Positions 57,451 through 64,000 of a stretch of 64,000 nucleotides of DNA are shown here, piece after piece. The notes beneath the pieces were generated by a model. It saw only the letters and a list, made by a program, of their open reading frames with translations. It did not search any database and was not told the DNA's origin. Location of the stretch: NCBI RefSeq assembly GCF_009914755.1, contig NC_060928.1; one strand, written 5' to 3'. Source of the DNA: the human T2T-CHM13v2.0 reference genome, Homo sapiens. Position numbers and translations under genes: made by a program. The first letter of the stretch is position 1, and the number at the start of each line of letters is the position of its first letter.

Positions 57451-58069
57451 AAGGAAACTGTAAGCCAGACCAGGTGTGAGGAGGGGAGGCGATAAAAAGA
57501 TTATAGGGTGGAGGAGCGGAGGCTGAGGAAGAATTGGGACCTAGCTCGGCCTGGTGAGGAGGGGAGAGGTCAGATGGGTCTGTAGAAAAGGAAGATTAGA
57601 AAGACTCAGTGACGCTTGGGGTTAGGACTGAGGGGACAGGCGGGAGGGAAAGAAGGAAGATTTGGGATGAGTTGCACTGGGCAGAGAGACTAGGAAGGGA
57701 CTGATGTGTAAAAGAATGCCTGGATGTCAGGCACCTCAGACCATTTGCCCATTTTACGACAAGAATTATTTAGATCTTGTAGGATGGAAAAATTGAAAGT
57801 GCCGTTTTCCGGCTATTTGGAACTACTGTCGAGTTTGTATTGGGGTCAAGCGGCAATGCAGAAGAAAATAAGATGCTTAGATTTTAGGTCAGGTGAGAGT
57901 TGAAGAGGTTTTAAGTTCTTAAGAATACAGGCTAAGGGAGAAGGAGGAGGAATGGATGGTGGAAGCTTGCCCATAGTGAAGGAGGCAAGCCCAGAAAAAA
58001 GAGTAGAGACACGGAGAAGGGGTGGGGGCTTCTTGCCCTCCAGAAAAGCAGAGAAAGTGTTGAGGCATG

Positions 58070-58170
58070 GAAATAAGGGATTGGGGCACAGAGATAAGAG
58101 GTTGGGGTGCAGAAATAAGGGATTGGGGCACAGAGATAAGAGGTCGGGGTGCAGAAATAAGGGATTGGGG
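58070..58170. repeat. 42-bp (2 x 21) tandem repeat in the HERV-H leader
   Basis: GAAATAAGGGATTGGGGCACAGAGATAAGAGGTTGGGGTGCA starts at 58070 and 58112, with a partial copy at 58154. Confidence 0.9.
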
Positions 58171-58332
58171 GTTCTTGCCCCCTAGAAAAGCGGGACTTGC
58201 CACTAAGGGTGAAGGAGAAGGGGTTCAGGGATACTTGCCCCTCCCCCAGAAAAGCGGGACTTGCCGCTAAGGGTGAAGGAGAAGGGGTTGAGGGGTAGTG
58301 AGGGAGATTGGAGAAGAGAGTAAAAAGAGGCC

Positions 58333-58341
58333 GCTTACCGG
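58333..58341 (-). promoter_or_regulatory. HERV-H leader splice donor
   Basis: Minus strand reads TCCG|GTAAGC with the intron starting at 58338, about 130 nt downstream of the PBS. Confidence 0.75.
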
Positions 58342-58464
58342 ATTTGAAATTGGTGAGATGTTTCTTGGGCTGGTCGGTCTGAGGACCTGAGGTCGTAGGT
58401 GGATCTTTCTCATGGAGCAAAGAGCAGGAGGACAGGGGATTGATCTCCCAAGGGAGGTCCCCCG

Positions 58465-58482
58465 ATCGGAGTCACGGCACCA
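58465..58482 (-). promoter_or_regulatory. Primer binding site, tRNA-His
   Basis: TGGTGCCGTGACTCCGAT on -, one mismatch to the tRNA-His complement TGGTGCCGTGACTCGGAT. Confidence 0.92.
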
Positions 58483-58484
58483 AA

Positions 58485-58914
58485 TTTCATGCGCGTCTGT
58501 GTGAAGAGACCACCAAACAGGCTTTGTGTGAGCAACATGGCTGTTTATTTCATTGGGTGCAGGCGGGCTGAGTCTGAAAAGAGAGTCAGTGAAGGGAGAT
58601 AGGGGTGGGGCCGTTTTATAGGATTTGGGGAGGTAATGGAAAATTACAGTCAAAGGGGGTTCTCTGGTGGGCAGGGGTGGGGGTCACAAGGTGCTTAGTT
58701 GGGGAGCTTCTGAGCCAGGAGAAGGAAATTCACAGGGTTAATCACTCAGTTAAGGTGGGGCAGGAACAAATCACAATGGTGGAATGTCATCAGTTGAGGC
58801 GGGGCAGGGCCTTTTCACTTCTTTTGTGATTCTTCAGTTACTTCAGGCCATCTGGGCCTATACATGCAAGTCACAGGGGAAGCGATGGCTTGGCTTGGGC
58901 TCAGAGGCCTGACA
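58485..58914 (-). promoter_or_regulatory. 5' LTR (LTR7 family) promoter
   Basis: TATAAAA at 58620-58614, AATAAA at 58549-58544, and several CCCCACCC/CCCCGCC GC/GT boxes. Confidence 0.9.
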
Positions 58915-59419
58915 ATCCCTTTACCAGCTATCCTATAAACTTCACAAAACAAAGGATGATATAAAATCAGTTCATCACTTTGTTCCTAGTTTTCATAGAG
59001 TGTCTTCTTTATAATAACTGCTGAAGAAACATTTTTGAATAAGATAACTATCTATGAAGGACATAGTTAGGGGTTCAAGAAGGTACAATAAACAATCTAC
59101 GGTTCCTGCCATTAATTTTCCCAATTTATAAAGTGAAAATCTATTTGAGAATGTGCTGAGATTTTTTAAAAATCTAAATTTTTATCTTATTATAAGAGAA
59201 TACTGTATTTTGTGCTTTCTAGAAAACAATTCATTTCTGCCAAGCTTTCAAATTTATTAGTAAGAAATATTTAGTTTTCTTTGTTTTTGTGGTTGTGATT
59301 TTCTTTCTCTTCCTCTTTCTGCCCTTTAAAAATGTTTCTCTTTCTTCCTTCCTCCCCTCAAGTTGTAGGAATTAGTTTCATAATGTTAATTGAGAGAAAA
59401 AGTCATTGATATCCTTTTA

Positions 59420-60710
59420 TGAAAATTTTCAAGTTTACAAAAAGTTGAAAGAATTGTATATGAAAATTTATAATTATACAATTAAAGTTTTATTATATTT
59501 GCTGGTAACGAATTAACCAAATCTGAATCTCTTTATTCACCCATCAATTCATCTTATTTTATTGTATTTCAAAGTAAGTTGCAGGCATCAGTAAATTTCT
59601 CTCTGAAACATATCATCAGTGCTATAATTAAAGTAGAATGAAATATTTTACTTATTTGAAGTAAAATTTACTTGTGAAGTAAAATTTACTTTCCATGTAC
59701 ATCTAAGTTTACCATTAAATATATGTTGGCAATTTCATATACCTGTATAAAACAAATTCTCATTAACTTATAAAGCATTCTCAACATCCCGGAAAGCTTT
59801 CTCACACCCTTCTTAGTCAATTAACAGCTTCACCCTCATCCCTCCAGAAACCACTCTTCTGCTTTTTCTCACCATATGTTAGTTTTGCCTTTCCTACAAA
59901 TTTATATAAATAAAATCAATAATGTATACTCTTTTGTGTGTCTTCTTTCACTTACCATATTATTTGATATTAACATGTGGTGTTGCATATTGAGCATTTC
60001 ACTTTTCATTGATGAATAGTATTTCATTGGATGAATACACCCAAATTTATTGATTTTGCTGTTGGTAGACACCTGGTCTGATTGTAAGTTTGCCAATTAT
60101 GAGTAAACCTTTTCTATATGTATACTTATACAATTTCATGAGCACATTTTTTTCTTTGGTAAATAAGTAGGATTGAAATTATTGGATTATTGGATAGATA
60201 TATGTTTGTGTATACAGAACCTTTTATAAAATAATTGTATAAATTTACAGTGCCATGAAAAATGTTTATTTTCATTGCTCCACATTGTTGACAAAATATG
60301 GTACTGTCAGTCTTAATTACAGTCATTCTGAGGAATGTGCAGTGGTATTTCACTGTGATTTCAAGTTGTATTTCTCTAATGACTAATGAGAAATTAAACC
60401 CATTTCCATGTATGTATTAGCCTATGTAAAGTGTCCTTTTAAATCTTTACTCATTTTATTATTGGGCAGTTTGTGTTTTTATTGTTAAATTATCAGAGTT
60501 CCTTATATATCATAGATAACAGTTCCTTATTAGATAATACATATTATTTGGGGAATTTTTCACCAGAGTGTTGCCTGTTCATTTCATTTTGAAAAATGTT
60601 TTTGATGAGGAGGTTAATTTTATTTGCTTGTTTTTGATGATACCTACCTTATCATTTTTTATGGTAATTGCTTAACATATATTGTATTAGAAACCTTGAC
60701 CTACTGCCAA
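59420..60710 (-). mobile_element. Old LINE-1 (L1M) 3' region
   Basis: Motifs TTCTTTCACTTACCATATT, TTGATGAATAGTATTTCATTGGATGAATACACC and CTCTAATGACTAATGA. Confidence 0.7.
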
Positions 60711-61146
60711 GTGTGATACTTAATTTTATGTCAACTTGACTAGGTGACAATGTTCCCAGATACTTGGTTAAACATTATTTTTCATGCCTCTGTGGCAGTG
60801 TTTCTAGAAGAGATTAGCATTTGAATTGCTGGGCTAAGTAAAGCAGAATGCCTTCCTTAATGTGAGTGAGCATCATCCAACCTTTCTTGAAGGTCTGAAT
60901 AGAACTAAAAGGCAAAGGAAAGTGTAAATCTATCTCTCTAAGTAAATGCTTGAGATAAGATATCAGTCTTCTCCTGCCTAGAACTGGGATTTATACCGTC
61001 TGTGTTTCTGCTTCTCAGGCCTTTGGACTTGTGCTGGAATTTACACCAGGTTTTCTGGGTTTCCTACCTGCAGGGGTAGATCACTGGACTTTACAGTTTC
61101 CATAATCATGTAAGCCAATTCCTTATAATAAATCTCATTATATATA
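60711..61146 (+). mobile_element. MLT2 (ERVL) LTR, 3' end lost
   Basis: TGTGATACTTAATTTTATGTCAACTTGACTAGG...GAAGAGATTAGCATTTGAAT...CCATAATCATGTAAGCCAATTCCTTATAATAAATCTC. Confidence 0.85.
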
Positions 61147-62961
61147 TAAGCATACATCACTGCATTGTGTTTCACTTAATTGTACTTTGCAGATATTGCA
61201 CCTTTTATATATTGAAGGTTTGTGGCAATTCTTGGTCAAATGAGTCTATCAGGACCGTTTTCCCAATTGCATGTGCTTACTTTGTGTCTATGTCACATTT
61301 TATTAAGTTGTGCAATATTTCAAACTTTTTCATTATTATTATATCTGTTGTGGTGATGTATGATCAGTGATCTTTGATGTTATTATTGTAATTGTTTTGG
61401 GGCACCACAAATCACATCCACATTCGATGGCAAACTTAATCAATAAATGTTGCATATATTCTGATTGCTCCCAGACTGGCAATTCCCCTACCTCTCTTTC
61501 TCTCTTTCTCTCTTTCTCTCTGTGCCTCCCTATTCCCTGTGACACAATAATATTGAGATTAGGCCAATTCATAACCCTAAATGGCCTCTAAGTGTTCAAA
61601 TGAAGAGCCATATGTCTCTCACTTTAGAGCAAACACTAAAAATAATTAAGCTTGTAAGGAAGGCATGTTGAAAGCCAAGATAGATTGAAAGTTAGGTCAC
61701 TTAAGCTAACTAGTTACCCAAGTTGAGGATACAAAGGAAAATTTTTTGAAAGACATTAAAAATTCTATCCCAGTAAACACACAAATGATTAGAAAGCAAA
61801 ACTGCTGATACGGAGTTTGTTTAATAGCCTGGATAGAAGATCAAATCAGTCACAACATTTGCTTAAACCAAAGTCCAATCTAGATAAGACTCTAACTCTC
61901 TTCAATTCTTAGAAACCTGAGAGAGGTCAAGTAACTGCAGAAGAAAAATTGAAAGCTAACAGAAGTTGATTCACGAGGTTTAAAAAAGAAGCCATTTCCG
62001 TTACATGAAAGTCTATGTGAAGCAGCAAGTCCTAACATAGTTATCCAGAAGATCTAGGTAAGATAATAGATGAAGGTGGCCATACTGAACAACAGACTTT
62101 TAGTGTAGATAAAATAGCTTTCTTTAGAAAGAAGATGCCATCTAGGACTTTCAAAGCTAGAGAGGAAAAGTCAATGCCTGGCTTCAAAGCTTCAAACAAC
62201 AGGCTAACTTTCTTGTTAGGGGCTAACGCAGGTGACTTTAAGTTAAAGCCAATTATCATTTGGCATTTCAAACCTCTTAGGACCCTGAAGAATTATGCTA
62301 AATATACTCTCCCTGTGCTCTATTAATGAAACAACAAAGCCTGGTCTAGAGCACATTTGTTTACAGTATGGTTTACTGAATATTTTATGCCCACTGTTGA
62401 GACCTACTGCTCAGATAAAAAGATTCCTTTCAACATATTACTGCTCAATAACAATGCACCTTGTCACTCTAGAGCACTGAAGAGATTAGTCTTATTTTCC
62501 TGCCTACTAACCCATGTATTCTGCAGCTCATGGATCAAGGAGTGATTTAAATATTGAGGTCTTATTGTTTAAGAAATTCATTTTGTAAGATTATAGCTGC
62601 TATAGCTAGTAATTTTTCTGATGAATCTGGGCAAAGTAAATTGAAAACCTTCTGGAGAGGAATCACTAATCTAGATGTCATTAAGGATATTTGTATTTCA
62701 TGGAAGGAGGTTAAAATAGCAACACTAACAGGTGTGTGGAAGAAATTGATTCCAACTCTCATGGATGACTTTGAAGGATTCAAGACTTCAGTTCAGAATG
62801 TAATGTTATTGCACACTGAATTGACTAGAGTATGGTGTAGACATAACTTATATATACAATGGGAAAGGAGAAAACAACAACTGTGAGACTTGCATTATTG
62901 CAATATTTATTTTATTGCAGTAGTGTGGAACCAAACATGCAGTGACTCTAAAATACACCTG
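61147..62961 (+). mobile_element. Tigger1 (pogo-like) DNA transposon, internally deleted; transposase pseudogene
   Basis: Peptides [39 protein letters not shown] and SGQSKLKTFWRG...GVWKKLIPTLMDDFEGFKTSV. Degenerate termini (AGCATACATC / ATACACCTG). Inserted in a TA run. Confidence 0.92.
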
Positions 62962-63015
62962 TGTGTGTGTGTGTCTGTGTGTATACACACAGACACACAC
63001 ACACAGACACACACA
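62962..63015. repeat. (TG)n-TATA-(CA)n palindromic microsatellite
   Basis: Perfect 44-bp palindrome at 62962-63005 centred on GTATAC. Confidence 0.92.
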
Positions 63016-63019
63016 TTCA

Positions 63020-64000
63020 CATTCTATGATCCAAATCAAATTATTTTGGAGGAGTATGGTGTGAAATAGGAATTGAGATTTTCTTTTTTTGTAGAAGGTC
63101 CAAGAAATTTTTATAAATGTCCTTTATAATACTGAGAAACTTTCATTTTGTTACTTGTGAGAATTGTTAACATAAATAGGTAATTAATTTTGAAAAGTGA
63201 CTTTTTTATCAATTGAAATAATTATTTTACTTTTCTCTTTATTAAATTAATATGAAAAATTACATAGATTGTTTTCTGAATAGTAAACTAACCTAATAAT
63301 CCTGAAATTAAACCTACTTGGCCATGATGTGTTGGCTATTCTTCACATTATCTCTATTAATATTTAATTAAGAAATTTAACACATGTGTCTATGAAGAAT
63401 ACCAGTCTGTAGTTGTCTTTTTTTAATGTTTTGTCAGATTTTGATATCACAGGTTTGCTTATAAAAGATTCAGGAAATATTTTCTTCTCTCCTATTTTGT
63501 GAAAGTGTTGTGTAAGGTTCTTATCACTTTCCCTTAAATACTTGGTTGAAGTCACTGGTAAAAGAATATAAGTTTACTTGTGCTTCCTTCCTTATGTTTT
63601 CCAGTTATTAGTCTCCAATAAACACTTAAAAACTTAACTTTTTTTCAGCATATGCTTCCCATTAAAACCTTAGGCCAACTAATCCAATTTCTGAATAAAT
63701 TATAAGAATATTCATATTTTCTATTTCTTTTACATTTGGATTTTAAAGATGAGAACTCATAAGAATTTGTCATTTTAATCAAAGTGTTTAATATTTTATG
63801 GCTTAATATTGTTAATATTCATAAAATCCCTTCATAAGATCTGTAGTAATACAACGTTTTTAGTATTTCTCACTCTCAATATGTCAATCAGTCTTGCAAG
63901 ATGTCTATCAATTTTGTCTTTATAAACTGTCAACTTTTGATTTAGCTAATTTTCTTCTTATCCTTTGTCTTTATCATTGCTTTTGCTTTATAAACTTATC
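63020..64000 (-). mobile_element. Old LINE-1 ORF2 remnant (continuation of the 59420-60710 element)
   Basis: Minus-strand peptide KIFPESFISKPVISKSDKTLKKDNYRLV is ORF2-like, and TCTATGATCC...GTATGGTGTGA is an L1 motif. Confidence 0.7.

Larger units (their letters stand above)
53560..58914 (-). mobile_element. HERV-H provirus with LTR7-family LTRs, common deleted type (5355 bp)
   Basis: Two LTRs (TGTCAGGCCTCTGAGCCCAAG...CATGAAA on -), perfect TSD ATCCC (53555-53559, 58915-58919), tRNA-His PBS, and gag/pro/pol remnants. Confidence 0.97.

Noticed and set aside
61700-62890. Domesticated TIGD/CENP-B-like gene
   Set aside because: The transposase is fragmented by stops and frameshifts, internally deleted, and lies within recognisable Tigger1 ends.

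Overview
This is AT-rich primate (very likely human) genomic DNA made up mostly of interspersed repeats. I found no intact cellular protein-coding gene and no RNA gene. Main contents: (1) old LINE-1 tracts, mostly on the minus strand, including a ~6.2 kb L1MA-type element. (2) Ten Alus, four THE1 LTRs, MST/MLT LTRs, MER58A, and a Tigger1 nested in an MLT2 LTR. (3) A processed histone H3.3 (H3F3A-type) pseudogene split by a THE1 LTR. (4) An internally deleted HERV-K(HML-3)/MER9 provirus on + (39126-43510, TSD ATTATT) that keeps a stop-free dUTPase-protease frame. (5) A two-LTR HERV-H/LTR7 provirus on - (53560-58914, TSD ATCCC). (6) A ~760 bp TATACG-type microsatellite containing an inverted copy of its own flank. 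I cannot support a wholly new biological system from sequence alone. The best candidate for undescribed function is the HERV-H. Its 5' LTR TATA box, PBS and splice donor are retained, but the poly(A) signal in its 3' LTR is mutated (AATAAA to CATAAA). That predicts read-through or spliced chimeric RNA into a unique, motif-rich region near 50 kb and toward the convergent HML-3 provirus. Subfamily names come from my recollection of consensus sequences and need RepeatMasker/Dfam confirmation.
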